Virus record (IMG/VR): IMGVR_UViG_3300043411_001575
Location: 64,001 to 128,000 of that record
DNA from: a virus
Reading direction: 5' to 3' (one strand)
Length of the DNA stretch: 64,000 nt
The notes under the pieces were generated by a model. The model saw only the letters and a program-made list of their open reading frames with translations. It was not told the DNA's origin and ran no database searches. Positions 9,138 through 19,222 of the stretch are shown here, in pieces (positions within the stretch are counted from its first letter, which is position 1; every line of letters starts with the position of its first letter). The position numbers and the translations under genes are program-made.

Positions 9138-9599
9138 ATGCAGGGTGAAATAGAAGATTCTGAAAAAGAAAGAGGAATTACGATTACAACTAAGGAAAAG
9201 CAGTACGCATTAGAGAAAGCCGCTAAAAATTACGCTAAGGAATTGATTCAAAGTGGTGCAATTAAAAGCTTTGATTCATCTTGGATGGAGTCCGTTTTCA
9301 TGTATGTTGTAAAATCAGATGCCTCCAAAGAATACCATTCTAAACCTAAAATTGAAAATCCATCAGGAACAGAAAGACTGAAGGTAGCATACAGATATTT
9401 AAACAAGTTTATTATTGAAAATGATTTAGATGGAGCTATTGAGTTTTTAAAAGTATTTATGTTTCCTGAGTATGATTTTGGTGTATTAAGAATGCTTTTA
9501 GATTGTATAGGTAAGGTTGCTGATGAAGAAAAAATAATTCCGATTAGAAAAGAATTAATAAAATTGTGTGAACAAAAATTAGGTGAAAAATTATACTAA
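9138..9599 (+). CDS. Hypothetical protein with N-terminal EKERGITI
   Basis: ORF after TATATTTG at 9108-9115. Confidence 0.65.
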   Translation: MQGEIEDSEKERGITITTKEKQYALEKAAKNYAKELIQSGAIKSFDSSWMESVFMYVVKSDASKEYHSKPKIENPSGTERLKVAYRYLNKFIIENDLDGAIEFLKVFMFPEYDFGVLRMLLDCIGKVADEEKIIPIRKELIKLCEQKLGEKLY

Positions 9600-9608
9600 A
9601 AAAACAAT

Positions 9609-10484
9609 ATGAGCCAAGAAGGATTACAAGAACAAAAAATAATTTTAGTACCTGTTACTGAAGTTAGAGAGATTGAAGATACAATCGAAATTGATGGTAA
9701 AGAATTCTCCAAGAACGTTAGAACTGATATGGGGGATATTCCATTGTTAGCAAAACAAATCCAAGAGAATGGAGTTTTAATGCCTTGTAAGGGTTTAAAA
9801 AAGGACGGGATAGTTTATCTTACTGATGGACACAGAAGATTTCAAGCTTGTAGTCTGATATTAGAAGAAACAGGTGATGTTACTTTTATGCCATTCATAT
9901 TAGAAAATGGAATTACAGAAGAAAAAAGAATTATGGAAATGATTCTTTGTAACGAAGGTAAGCCTCTTAATCCTGTTGAACAAGCAGAAGCCGTATTCAG
10001 ATTAGTAGATTGCGGAATGAATGAAGAAGAAATTAGAAATAAGACAGGTTTTAGTCACACATACATGTCTAACCTGAAAATGCTATACAATGCTCCTACC
10101 AAAATAAAAAATATGGTTAGAGACAATGTTATAACAGGAACACTTGCAATGGATGTCATGAGAAAAGAAAAAAACTATGATAAAGCCATCGAAACAATAG
10201 AGCAAACAATAGCTTTCAAAAAAGCAAATTCATCAGGGACATCAGAAGCACCTAAAATTACACTAAGGGATATTGGAAAGGCAAAAGACAAAGTTAATTC
10301 CTTCTCCGCTGTAAAAAAAGCTTACAGGCACTACGAAAAAGAAGGTCTCGTTATTCGTCAAGATAAACTAGAACTATTCACATTCATATCTAGTTTAATT
10401 GAAGGAGATTATTCTTATGATGAATTAATGGCTATCCTGTATGAACCAAAAATAAAAATTGACGGAAGAAGAAAGACTAACTAA
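9609..10484 (+). CDS. ParB/RepB/Spo0J-like protein
   Basis: NVR..LAKQIQENGV, DGHRR, LNPVEQAEAV followed by HTH. Confidence 0.8.
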   Translation: MSQEGLQEQKIILVPVTEVREIEDTIEIDGKEFSKNVRTDMGDIPLLAKQIQENGVLMPCKGLKKDGIVYLTDGHRRFQACSLILEETGDVTFMPFILENGITEEKRIMEMILCNEGKPLNPVEQAEAVFRLVDCGMNEEEIRNKTGFSHTYMSNLKMLYNAPTKIKNMVRDNVITGTLAMDVMRKEKNYDKAIETIEQTIAFKKANSSGTSEAPKITLRDIGKAKDKVNSFSAVKKAYRHYEKEGLVIRQDKLELFTFISSLIEGDYSYDELMAILYEPKIKIDGRRKTN

Positions 10485-10501
10485 AATTTTAAATAAACGT
10501 A

Positions 10502-10753
10502 ATGGCAGCAGCAGAAACAGAAAAAAAAGAAAATAATATTATTACATTATTTAATGTTGGAACTAAGTTTGGACATTTAACAAATGGAGTAATTAAACCA
10601 TATTATCAAGCAGAAGTTTTTAAACCTTTCACTCCTTCTGATATTCAAAATTTATCAGACAAAGGATTTGAAATCCAAATTAGACCTGCAACTAAACAGG
10701 AAATGAATTGGACTTACATGGAACTAGGAAAATATCACTTTAATAATTCATAA
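10502..10753 (+). CDS. Hypothetical protein
   Basis: Operon-packed ORF. Confidence 0.6.
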   Translation: MAAAETEKKENNIITLFNVGTKFGHLTNGVIKPYYQAEVFKPFTPSDIQNLSDKGFEIQIRPATKQEMNWTYMELGKYHFNNS

Positions 10754-10757
10754 AAAA

Positions 10758-10970
10758 ATGAACTCAAAAATAATAACAGCAGTTTTCAAAGGACAAAATG
10801 GTTCTTGTCGTTATAATACAAATAAAAGATACGCTTTAAAAGTATATCGTAATTCAATAAATGGTAACATACGAATAGAACTCGCAGGAAAAGATGATGG
10901 AATTGTAGAATATGGAGACATTACTAATTTTCTTAGCAATTGGGATAGTATTAGAGTAATGAATCAATAA
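10758..10970 (+). CDS. Hypothetical protein
   Basis: Operon-packed ORF. Confidence 0.6.
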   Translation: MNSKIITAVFKGQNGSCRYNTNKRYALKVYRNSINGNIRIELAGKDDGIVEYGDITNFLSNWDSIRVMNQ

Positions 10971-10997
10971 TTAATTGTTTAACTAAAATAACGAAAA

Positions 10998-11369
10998 GTG
11001 GATTGGAGCAGAATATTTTACAACTACAAATTAGCATCTTACGAGATGTACATGTGGATAATTGGAAGCAAATCAGTTAATTACAAGTTTTTTACCGAAG
11101 AATTATTCAAAGAATCCTTGAAAGAAAAGGGATATTTTGAAAATGAAGAAAAAGCTTTGGAGTTTTTTGATGCTGCCTTCATTTGGTGTCATATAATGCC
11201 AATGGGAATCAGTAAGTTTAAATCTGTTGCAGAAAGCGAGTATAGACAGATTTTAAGCTCAGATTGGACATCAAGGAGGGAAACTAGCTTGAAGACGCTA
11301 GAAAGTGCTTTTGAACTCCTAGAAGAGCGAAAAATCAAAGAAACACAGTGGCACAATGTAACAAAGTAA
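10998..11369 (+). CDS. Hypothetical protein
   Basis: GTG-start ORF. Confidence 0.55.
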   Translation: MDWSRIFYNYKLASYEMYMWIIGSKSVNYKFFTEELFKESLKEKGYFENEEKALEFFDAAFIWCHIMPMGISKFKSVAESEYRQILSSDWTSRRETSLKTLESAFELLEERKIKETQWHNVTK

Positions 11370-11460
11370 CATCAAAAACAGGTTAATAAAACAGAACAAT
11401 TTTTTAAACAAAAAACCAAAGTAAGGACTATATTTGTAGTCCCTACCTAAATTCAAACAA

Positions 11461-11763
11461 ATGGCAAAAAAAGTAACAGCAAAAAAAGCAAAGAAGACTG
11501 TTTCAGTAGAAACAGAAGTGAAAAAGAAAAAAGAGATTCAGGGGGTAACTAAATTCAAAATTTGGTGCATTAAACAGAATCTTACACAAAGACAAATTAG
11601 AAAAGATACTGAACTTTCAATCGGTACAATTCATTCTACTTGGTACAAAGGAACAGCTAATGCTAGTGTAGTTAAATTGCTATCATTAGTGTACAAAATA
11701 GATGAAAAAAAGGTTGAGAAGATGATTCAAACTTTTGACAACTCTAATCCAATTGAGGATTAA
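11461..11763 (+). CDS. Putative HTH (XRE-like) DNA-binding protein
   Basis: NLTQRQIRKDTELSIGTIH; promoter TATATTTG at 11429-11436. Confidence 0.5.
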   Translation: MAKKVTAKKAKKTVSVETEVKKKKEIQGVTKFKIWCIKQNLTQRQIRKDTELSIGTIHSTWYKGTANASVVKLLSLVYKIDEKKVEKMIQTFDNSNPIED

Positions 11764-11786
11764 TATTATTGGATTGAGCATGTTCA

Positions 11787-12956
11787 ATGGCAAAGAAAAA
11801 AGGAAAAATACTACCGAAAAATAGTACGGATGATAATTCAAAAAAGTCAGCCAAAAAAAGTCCTATTTCTAAAAACGCCAAAGAGAAAACTAAATCTACT
11901 TCTTCAAGTAAAGTAAAAAAAAAACCGACAACTAAATCGGTAGGAAAATCCTCTAAAAAAAGTAAGGAAAAACCTAAAGTTGGCGGGTTTTCAAAAAACA
12001 ATTTCAATTTCATAAGGTCACTTCTTTGGAAAAACAATAGAAGTGACTTTATTTCTTATTTCGACCCTTCATTCATAAGGTTAGTACGAGAGATTTTCAA
12101 TGACTGCAAGGCAGCAGGTGTAAATTGTACTGAAGAAATAATACAAAAAAAGTATGAGCAGCTAAAGTCTGATGACAAAAGACCCAAACCATACATACTT
12201 CCTAAGTTCCAAAACCCAAATGTTTATTACGAAATAAAGGATGTTCCATTTGAAACATTATCACCATACCTATACGTAATAAGCCCAATGATAATTCCTT
12301 ATCCTCATGAATTTAGGATAACTGAGTATTTCAAAAAAACCATCCGTGATACCCCAACGGGGATAGTAGAATCAATCGAATCAAAAGGATACGACAAGTT
12401 CTTTGCTAAATGGGTTAATTGGTGTAATGCCTCTATGAGAAGCGAATACGGTAGCACTATAGGCTCTGAAGACTTAGACATCTATTTTAAAATGACAGAT
12501 GCAGAGTACAATGAATCCAAAAAAAGATGGGAAACATATATTTACACCTGTACTTCTATGGGGAAAGTATATGACTTTGGATTCAAACCTGAAGGAGAAT
12601 TAGAACGAGATGAAGAACCCGAATATAGACTTCCAACTGAATCTCAGGCATCAGAAAAACCAATTTCTGAAAAAGAAAAAAGCAAAATTAAGAGGATTAT
12701 CAAAAAACAAAAAATAAATGACTCCCTAAACTCTTGGAACAACTTCTTCTCATCAGTAAAAAAATCTTCCGAAAAAGAAGAAATGGAGAAATATGCCCAA
12801 GAACTATCCGATTTACAAAGCTTAAGAAAGGAACTAGAAAAGCTTATCCGTAAATATAAAAAAGAAAAAAACACTAAGAAATTAAAGCAAGTTAACAAGG
12901 AATACGACTTATTGACTGATAAATATTTAAAATTAGTTAAGAGGAAATTAAAATAA
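11787..12956 (+). CDS. Hypothetical protein, Lys/Ser-rich N-terminus and coiled-coil C-terminus
   Basis: 389 aa ORF. Confidence 0.75.
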   Translation: MAKKKGKILPKNSTDDNSKKSAKKSPISKNAKEKTKSTSSSKVKKKPTTKSVGKSSKKSKEKPKVGGFSKNNFNFIRSLLWKNNRSDFISYFDPSFIRLVREIFNDCKAAGVNCTEEIIQKKYEQLKSDDKRPKPYILPKFQNPNVYYEIKDVPFETLSPYLYVISPMIIPYPHEFRITEYFKKTIRDTPTGIVESIESKGYDKFFAKWVNWCNASMRSEYGSTIGSEDLDIYFKMTDAEYNESKKRWETYIYTCTSMGKVYDFGFKPEGELERDEEPEYRLPTESQASEKPISEKEKSKIKRIIKKQKINDSLNSWNNFFSSVKKSSEKEEMEKYAQELSDLQSLRKELEKLIRKYKKEKNTKKLKQVNKEYDLLTDKYLKLVKRKLK

Positions 12957-13043
12957 TCATCCTGTTAGTAACTTTTATGTAATTAGTATTAAATTTGTTA
13001 TTATATTTGCAATGGTCAAGTACTAATAATAAATTTTTTAACA

Positions 13044-13253
13044 ATGGAAAGCAAAATAGTTATTGAAATTACAAATGAATATGAGGCATCAAGACTTTTG
13101 AATCTCATAGAGGATGGTATGAAGATACTTAACAAACAAGGTCGTTCACAAAGAGGTATTGATGGATATACATATTCAGAATTACAAAAATGGCATGATA
13201 AGCTATCTAAATTTACAACTGTGAAATGCAATTTTGCAGATGGGGAAATCTAA
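13044..13253 (+). CDS. Hypothetical protein at the distal edge of the array
   Basis: ORF after TATATTTG at 13002-13009. Confidence 0.55.
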   Translation: MESKIVIEITNEYEASRLLNLIEDGMKILNKQGRSQRGIDGYTYSELQKWHDKLSKFTTVKCNFADGEI

Positions 13254-13383
13254 GCGATGGTAGGTAAATCGAAGCCGAAATTTGAATTTATTACAAATGT
13301 TTAATCAAGGCACTAATATTGAATTTTGCACGTCAGCCCCACTATTGCAAAACCGATGTTATAAGCCGTTTTTATTTTAAATT

Positions 13384-13758
13384 ATGGAAGTTACATATTA
13401 TCAATTCTGTAAAACAATAGCTGATGATTTAAAAATTGAGTTAAATCAAAAGCATAAAACTAAATTAAGTCAATTTCCAATAAAAAATGGAAAAAGAAAA
13501 ATCAATTCTTTTCACGATGCTATAATTGTAGATTCTAATGGAAATGAATATCCATATATGCTGGGGCAAACAATTAGGAACGAAGAAAAATTAATTGATT
13601 TTGATTACATATACATTACACTACCAAAAGGATTAGAACAAATATTAAAAGAAACTGGAATTAATTTAAAGTCAGAAAAATGCAAAATTTGTGAAGGTGG
13701 TGGATGGTACAGTCAAGGAACAAGGTATTTTTATAAAGATATTTCTTGTGAAGTGTAG
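13384..13758 (+). CDS. Cassette hypothetical protein
   Basis: Fills unit 13358-13780. Confidence 0.65.
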   Translation: MEVTYYQFCKTIADDLKIELNQKHKTKLSQFPIKNGKRKINSFHDAIIVDSNGNEYPYMLGQTIRNEEKLIDFDYIYITLPKGLEQILKETGINLKSEKCKICEGGGWYSQGTRYFYKDISCEV

Positions 13759-13817
13759 TCGTTCTAAAATGGCTTATAACGTATGGTGCTATACTTAGTG
13801 CCGATTTATGAAAACGA

Positions 13818-14882
13818 ATGTTAATTATTAAAAACAAAAAGATGTTAAAAAACGAAATAACCGAGAATGAGGCATTGAGTATAGCACGTGTTAGTGGCAG
13901 TACTTTTGTGAATGCTGATTGCTTCGATGTTTTTCCTTTTATTGAGGATAAATCAATTGATGCTATTATTTGCGATTTACCTTATGGAACTACTGCTTGT
14001 GCTTGGGATATAATAATACCTTTTGAGAAATTATGGAAAGAATATGATAGAGTTTTAAAAGACAAAGGAAGTATTATTTTGACAGCATCACAACCATTTA
14101 CAAGTATTTTACTTATGAGTAATTTAAAATGGTTTTCTCACGAATGGATTTGGGAAAAAGAAATGGGTAGCAATTTTATGTTAGCAAACAAGCAACCACT
14201 AAAAATACACGAAAGTATATTGGTTTTTAATAGACCAATAAATGAAGTGAAAAATGATTTTGGCAAATACTCGGATATTAGGGATTATTTTCAAGAAGAA
14301 AGAAAAAAAACAAATTTATCGTATAAAGAAATAAACGAAAAATGTTTTGGTAGTGCTTCAAATGGTGGTGGTATGGCTTCAAATATTTTAACGAGTTATA
14401 AGAAAGGTTGGAGTTTTCCAAGTAAAGAAAAATATGAAGCATTGCAAAAAATAGGTATTTGTAAAACTCCTTATAATGAATTGAAAAATGAATATTTAAA
14501 AGCATTTGAGATTGATAGAACATACAACCCTATAAAAACCGATGGTAAACCTTATGTAATTAAACAAGGTGGCGTTTCTGATGTTTACGGAAATAAAGAA
14601 AACAATATCACAACTGAAAATAACGGAGATAGATTTCCAACTTCAATTTTAAAAATCAAACGTGATAAAGAAAAAATACACCCAACAGCTAAACCGCTTG
14701 AACTTATGGAATACCTTGTTAAAACATATACCAACGAGGGCGACACGGTTTTAGATAATACAATGGGTTCAGGTACAACAAACTTAGCCTGTATCAAATT
14801 AAATCGCAAATCAATTGGAATAGAAAAGGAAAAACAATATTACGATGTGGCTGTTCGGAGGGCTTCGGAGTATTGCCACTAA
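13818..14882 (+). CDS. DNA methyltransferase, N6/N4 beta class, with ~100 aa insertion
   Basis: CDLPY, HPTAKP, LDNTMGSGTT; start lies in the hairpin (13818 or 13842). Confidence 0.9.
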   Translation: MLIIKNKKMLKNEITENEALSIARVSGSTFVNADCFDVFPFIEDKSIDAIICDLPYGTTACAWDIIIPFEKLWKEYDRVLKDKGSIILTASQPFTSILLMSNLKWFSHEWIWEKEMGSNFMLANKQPLKIHESILVFNRPINEVKNDFGKYSDIRDYFQEERKKTNLSYKEINEKCFGSASNGGGMASNILTSYKKGWSFPSKEKYEALQKIGICKTPYNELKNEYLKAFEIDRTYNPIKTDGKPYVIKQGGVSDVYGNKENNITTENNGDRFPTSILKIKRDKEKIHPTAKPLELMEYLVKTYTNEGDTVLDNTMGSGTTNLACIKLNRKSIGIEKEKQYYDVAVRRASEYCH

Positions 14883-15073
14883 CGTATGGTGCTATACGAA
14901 GGAGGCGATTATTAGCACTAAAGTTGATGCGGAGTACAAATGTTTGTTTAACCACAAATGTTTCTACGGAGTACCAAACCGCCTCTTTTGTATAGCACGT
15001 GTTACCTGCTGGTGTGGTTTATTTAGCAGGATTTTGATTTGAAAACGAATAGAAAATTTAAAAAGTTTTAGAA

Positions 15074-15319
15074 ATGGGAACACAAAAAATGTATGCAGTA
15101 GAATATAAAACGGATAGTAGTTCTACTTATGAAATATTTGAAAATTATGATGATGCCTTAGCGTTTGCTAATAGTAATGAAAATGCTATGTTTTTATTTA
15201 CGGCAGACTTTAATAAGGATAGAATTTATTTAGATGGCGAAACTTGGAATTATGATGATTTTGCCGACACTTTTATTAACCAAGAAACAATTGAAACTTA
15301 TGAAATATATGGGAAGTAA
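15074..15319 (+). CDS. Cassette hypothetical acidic protein
   Basis: ORF in unit 15001-16095. Confidence 0.6.
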   Translation: MGTQKMYAVEYKTDSSSTYEIFENYDDALAFANSNENAMFLFTADFNKDRIYLDGETWNYDDFADTFINQETIETYEIYGK

Positions 15320-16067
15320 GGCAAGATTTAGTAAAGATATTTTGCCGATAATATTAAAAGATAGAACAGTCGAACAATGGTATGTTGAACCATTTGCAGG
15401 AGGAATGAACGCTATTTGCGAAGTAGGTGGTAATAGACTTGCTAACGATAAAAACTATCACTTAATTGAAATGTGGAAAGGATTAGCAAACGGAATTAAA
15501 TATCCAACGGACATACCAAAAGAATTGTATAACCTTGCAAGAGATGTGTATAATGGCAGAGAAACAAGGTTTGAACATAAAATGAATATGGCTGACGATA
15601 TGGTAGGATGGATTGGTTGGATGGGTTCTGCAAATGGAAGATTTTTTGATGGTGGATATAGTGGGAAATCAAACACAAAAATTGGAACTGTCCGTGATTA
15701 CATTAAGGAAGCAATAAGTAATATTGAAAAGCAATTACCAAAGATGGCAGGTGTTAAATTTGAAAATAAAGATTATACCAAATTGGAAATTCCTAATTGC
15801 AGTATTATTTATTGCGACATTCCATATCAAGGAACAAAACAATATTCAACATCAAAAGATTTTAACCATTCTAATTTTTGGAATTGGTGTAGAGAAAAAG
15901 CAAAGCAAGGACATACGATTTTTGTAAGTGAATACAATGCACCTGATGACTTTGAATGTGTTTGGCAAAAAGAGGCAAAATCTTCTTTATCGGCAAACGG
16001 CAAAATCGGTGGCAATAAGTTGAGCGTGGAAAAACTTTTTAAATTTTCTCCCACAAATGTTCAATAG
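15300..16067 (+). CDS. DNA adenine methylase, D12/Dam-like alpha class
   Basis: MKYMGSK, YVEPFAGG, YCDIPY, FVSEY. Confidence 0.9.
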   Translation: MKYMGSKARFSKDILPIILKDRTVEQWYVEPFAGGMNAICEVGGNRLANDKNYHLIEMWKGLANGIKYPTDIPKELYNLARDVYNGRETRFEHKMNMADDMVGWIGWMGSANGRFFDGGYSGKSNTKIGTVRDYIKEAISNIEKQLPKMAGVKFENKDYTKLEIPNCSIIYCDIPYQGTKQYSTSKDFNHSNFWNWCREKAKQGHTIFVSEYNAPDDFECVWQKEAKSSLSANGKIGGNKLSVEKLFKFSPTNVQ

Positions 16068-16236
16068 TAGCACTATCGTAGCACTTGCAGGTAACAGACA
16101 AGGCTATATTCTCGTGCCGTTTTTCACGGCATGGAATTATAGCCGATGTTATGCAAGTGGGTTGGGTTGTGGGTGGCTCGTTTCAAAACTCTTTTTCTTA
16201 TTTTTTTAGGGAGGGATTTTTTATTTTCTTTTTTAC

Positions 16237-16266
16237 TTGCCAATTGACAATTTATGTTTATCTTTG
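16237..16266 (+). promoter_or_regulatory. Cassette-internal promoter with palindromic operator; copies at 19774, 24834, 29532, 30492, 39123, 46858
   Basis: TTGCCAATTGACAA followed by the -7 element TATCTTTG; perfect palindrome TTGCTAATTAGCAA at 39123-39136. Confidence 0.65.
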
Positions 16267-16308
16267 TAGCAGATAATTTAATACTAACAATTTAAAAACA
16301 AAAACAAA

Positions 16309-16524
16309 ATGAGCAAAATCACAGACTTTTGGGTGGTTACTAAACCAACGAAAAATTCAACATTGGCAGATATTCTGTTTAGTGCAGATATGAAACGAAT
16401 GGAATTGCAGTTCAAAGGAGGATTGACTGGAAAGGAAATTGTTGGAACATTTACCACAAAAGACCAAGCTACAAAGGTTGCTAAAATGGCACTTTTAAAA
16501 GCTGGTGCAAATGTAAAATTTTAA
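16309..16524 (+). CDS. Small cassette protein
   Basis: First ORF after the cassette promoter. Confidence 0.65.
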   Translation: MSKITDFWVVTKPTKNSTLADILFSADMKRMELQFKGGLTGKEIVGTFTTKDQATKVAKMALLKAGANVKF

Positions 16525-16542
16525 CATCTAAAACGAAACAAA

Positions 16543-16734
16543 ATGGGAATTTCAAAAACACTTGACCAAAGCAGAACCATTGTTTACGAAAACAAACTCG
16601 TTACTTGGGTTGATTGGGCATCTAAGGATGTTCACAAAGGAACAATTAAAATAAAAATACTCGGCAGGAAAACTTACATAACTGTTGATTACAACGACTT
16701 GAAAAATGTAAGTGTTACTAAAATTAAAAAATAA
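16543..16734 (+). CDS. Small cassette protein
   Basis: Operon-packed ORF. Confidence 0.6.
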   Translation: MGISKTLDQSRTIVYENKLVTWVDWASKDVHKGTIKIKILGRKTYITVDYNDLKNVSVTKIKK

Positions 16735-16739
16735 AAACT

Positions 16740-16907
16740 ATGGCAACTAAACCTAAAGCACCGTTTCAGGTAGGCGGTTACAAAGTAAAATGGTCTACAT
16801 CAAATAAAACTTGGCAGATTTGGAAAGGCAGTAAATTGATTGACGATTTTACAACTAAAGAAAGTGCAAGAACAAAAGCCGAAAGACTAACAAGAGGCTC
16901 TTACTAA
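16740..16907 (+). CDS. Small cassette protein (55 aa, not in ORF track)
   Basis: MATKPKAPFQVGGYKVKW...RGSY*. Confidence 0.6.
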   Translation: MATKPKAPFQVGGYKVKWSTSNKTWQIWKGSKLIDDFTTKESARTKAERLTRGSY

Positions 16908-16917
16908 AAACAAAACA

Positions 16918-17070
16918 ATGAAACTATCTGTAACAGAATATGCAAAACAGCTTGGTGTAACTCGTCAGGCTGTTTTGTTACAGATTAAAGAAAAAAGGCT
17001 ACCAAAAAATGTTATAGTTGAAAAAATTGGTAATACTTATCTCTTATCTGTGCGTGGGCAAAAAAAATAA
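16918..17070 (+). CDS. Small HTH regulator, family copy 1 of 7
   Basis: MKLSVTEYAKQLGVTRQAVLLQIKEKRLP. Confidence 0.8.
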   Translation: MKLSVTEYAKQLGVTRQAVLLQIKEKRLPKNVIVEKIGNTYLLSVRGQKK

Positions 17071-17161
17071 GAAAAAGAGTTTTGAAATGTTGCATAACGT
17101 TATCTCGCTTGGCGAGGTTTGGGGTTGAAACCCTATAATTTCTAATTTAAAACAAAATATA

Positions 17162-17998
17162 ATGAACACCGATATAAACGAAAATCCCAAATCTTGCCAA
17201 ACGAGTGTTATGGTTAGTGCGGATTTGATTAACAAAATTCATAATGAAAACTGCCTTGAAACAATGGCGAAAATGCCTGATAATTTTATTGATTTAACTG
17301 TTACCTCACCGCCTTATGATGGATTAAGAACGTACAACGGTTATAGTTTTGATTTTGAAAGTGTCGCAAAAGAATTATACCGAGTTACTAAAGAGGGTGG
17401 TGTTGTAGTGTGGGTTGTGGGCGATGCAACAGTAAAAGGCAGTGAAAGTTTAACATCATTTAAACAAGCTATTTATTTCAAAGATATTGGGTTTTCTGTA
17501 GAAACTATGATTTATGAAAAGGCGCAATCTTGCTTTGGTAGTAACACCTATTATTTGCAGGCGTTTGAATATATGTTTGTTTTAACTAAAGGCACTAAAC
17601 CAAAAGCAATTAATCATTTACGTGACCGCAGAAATGAGCGTAGTGGCGTTGAGAGTATGGGAAAAGGAGGCTTAAATAAAAACGGCACTAAAACAGACAG
17701 GCATAAAAAAGAAATGCTCGAATATGGTAAGCGAAAAAATATATGGAAATACGGAGTGGGTGGAGGCAAGACGGGACATCCTGCGGTATTTCCTGAACAG
17801 CTCGCAAACGACCATATAATTTCGTGGAGCAATGAAAACGATATTGTTTACGATTGCTTTAGCGGAAGCGGAACAACTGCTAAAATGAGTATAATTAATA
17901 GCAGGCGATGGATAGCGTCTGAAATGAGTGCTGAATATTGCGATATTATAAAAGAACGTATTAAAGTAGATAAAGGTCTTTTTGAAAACGTATCGTAG
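17162..17998 (+). CDS. DNA methyltransferase, beta class (SPPY, N4-cytosine-like)
   Basis: TSPPY, HPAVFP, YDCFSGSGTT. Confidence 0.9.
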   Translation: MNTDINENPKSCQTSVMVSADLINKIHNENCLETMAKMPDNFIDLTVTSPPYDGLRTYNGYSFDFESVAKELYRVTKEGGVVVWVVGDATVKGSESLTSFKQAIYFKDIGFSVETMIYEKAQSCFGSNTYYLQAFEYMFVLTKGTKPKAINHLRDRRNERSGVESMGKGGLNKNGTKTDRHKKEMLEYGKRKNIWKYGVGGGKTGHPAVFPEQLANDHIISWSNENDIVYDCFSGSGTTAKMSIINSRRWIASEMSAEYCDIIKERIKVDKGLFENVS

Positions 17999-18156
17999 CA
18001 TTAACCATAACGGATGGTGCTATGAGCAGGTTTGCCTTGTAGAAATGTTCAAGTTACCGAAAATGTTATTGGCAAACTTGCTTATAGCACGTGTTATACG
18101 CTGGCACGGTAAATTCAGCAGAAACTTAATTTGAAAAACTAAAAGAAAAAATAAAA

Positions 18157-18735
18157 ATGAGCAAAGGAGATTTTACAACATTAGGAGCATCAGCACACTC
18201 AAAAGAAGAGCGTGAAGAAAATGACTTTTATGCAACAGACCCAAAAGCATTAGAGATATTCCTTGAACAAACAGGGATTGAATTGCGAAACGTATGGGAA
18301 TGTGCTTGTGGAGAAGGGCATTTGGCAAAAGTATTAGATGCAAGAGGATTGCTTGGAAGAGCAAGTGATTTGATTGATAGAGGTTATGGAATAACGGAGA
18401 GTAATTTCTACTACTTTTCTGAAATATGGGAAGGAGATATATTAACAAATCCACCATACGGAGATGCTATGAAATTTTGCCAACACGCTCTTGATTGTGT
18501 GGATGAAGGAAGTAAAGTAGTGATGCTTATGCGTATTCAATTCTTAGAAGGGCAAAGACGTAAACCTTTTCTTTTGAAAAACCCGCCAAAGTATGTTTAT
18601 GTTAGCAGTAGCCGATTGTTACTCGCTAAAAACGCAGACTTTGTAAAGTACAACACACCTTCCGCTAATTGCTATGCGTGGTATGTTTGGGAAAAAGGAT
18701 TTAAAGGCGAAACTACTTTACGTTGGTTTAATTAA
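18157..18735 (+). CDS. Short phage-type N6-adenine DNA methyltransferase
   Basis: DFYAT, WECACGEG, TNPPY. Confidence 0.8.
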   Translation: MSKGDFTTLGASAHSKEEREENDFYATDPKALEIFLEQTGIELRNVWECACGEGHLAKVLDARGLLGRASDLIDRGYGITESNFYYFSEIWEGDILTNPPYGDAMKFCQHALDCVDEGSKVVMLMRIQFLEGQRRKPFLLKNPPKYVYVSSSRLLLAKNADFVKYNTPSANCYAWYVWEKGFKGETTLRWFN

Positions 18736-18877
18736 AAAGTGCGTGGGAAGATTTTTATTTTTTCTCTCACAAATGTTGAATCGAAGAACGAATGTAGTGC
18801 TTGCGTATAACGGCATCGGGCTTTGTGTCCGTTGGCGACTTAACCCACCAATGTTAAATTAAAAAACGAAACTTGAT

Positions 18878-19150
18878 ATGAGTACAAATGATGAATTGAA
18901 AAACGAAACCGCCAATGGCACAAAACCCGTGTTATCGGCTGGTTGGATTTCTGTAAAAGAGCAATTACCTGAATATTGGAGTCAACACCGAAATGATTAT
19001 GGAAGTGGTTACGTTCTTGGTTATACTAAATATGGTGAATGGGAAATAACTCAACTTTGGAATAATAAAGATTGGGAAGGTGATGATGACAATGAAGGTG
19101 ATTATATTACTCATTGGATGCCGTTGACCGTTCCACCAACTTGCCGATAA
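18878..19150 (+). CDS. DUF551-like phage protein
   Basis: WISVKEQLPE ... ITHWMPL. Confidence 0.7.
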   Translation: MSTNDELKNETANGTKPVLSAGWISVKEQLPEYWSQHRNDYGSGYVLGYTKYGEWEITQLWNNKDWEGDDDNEGDYITHWMPLTVPPTCR

Positions 19151-19222
19151 CGTATCGTGGCTTTGTTGTCGTTGTGGCTATTTAAGACCAAACTTAACAA
19201 ATAATAACTAAAAATTAAATTT

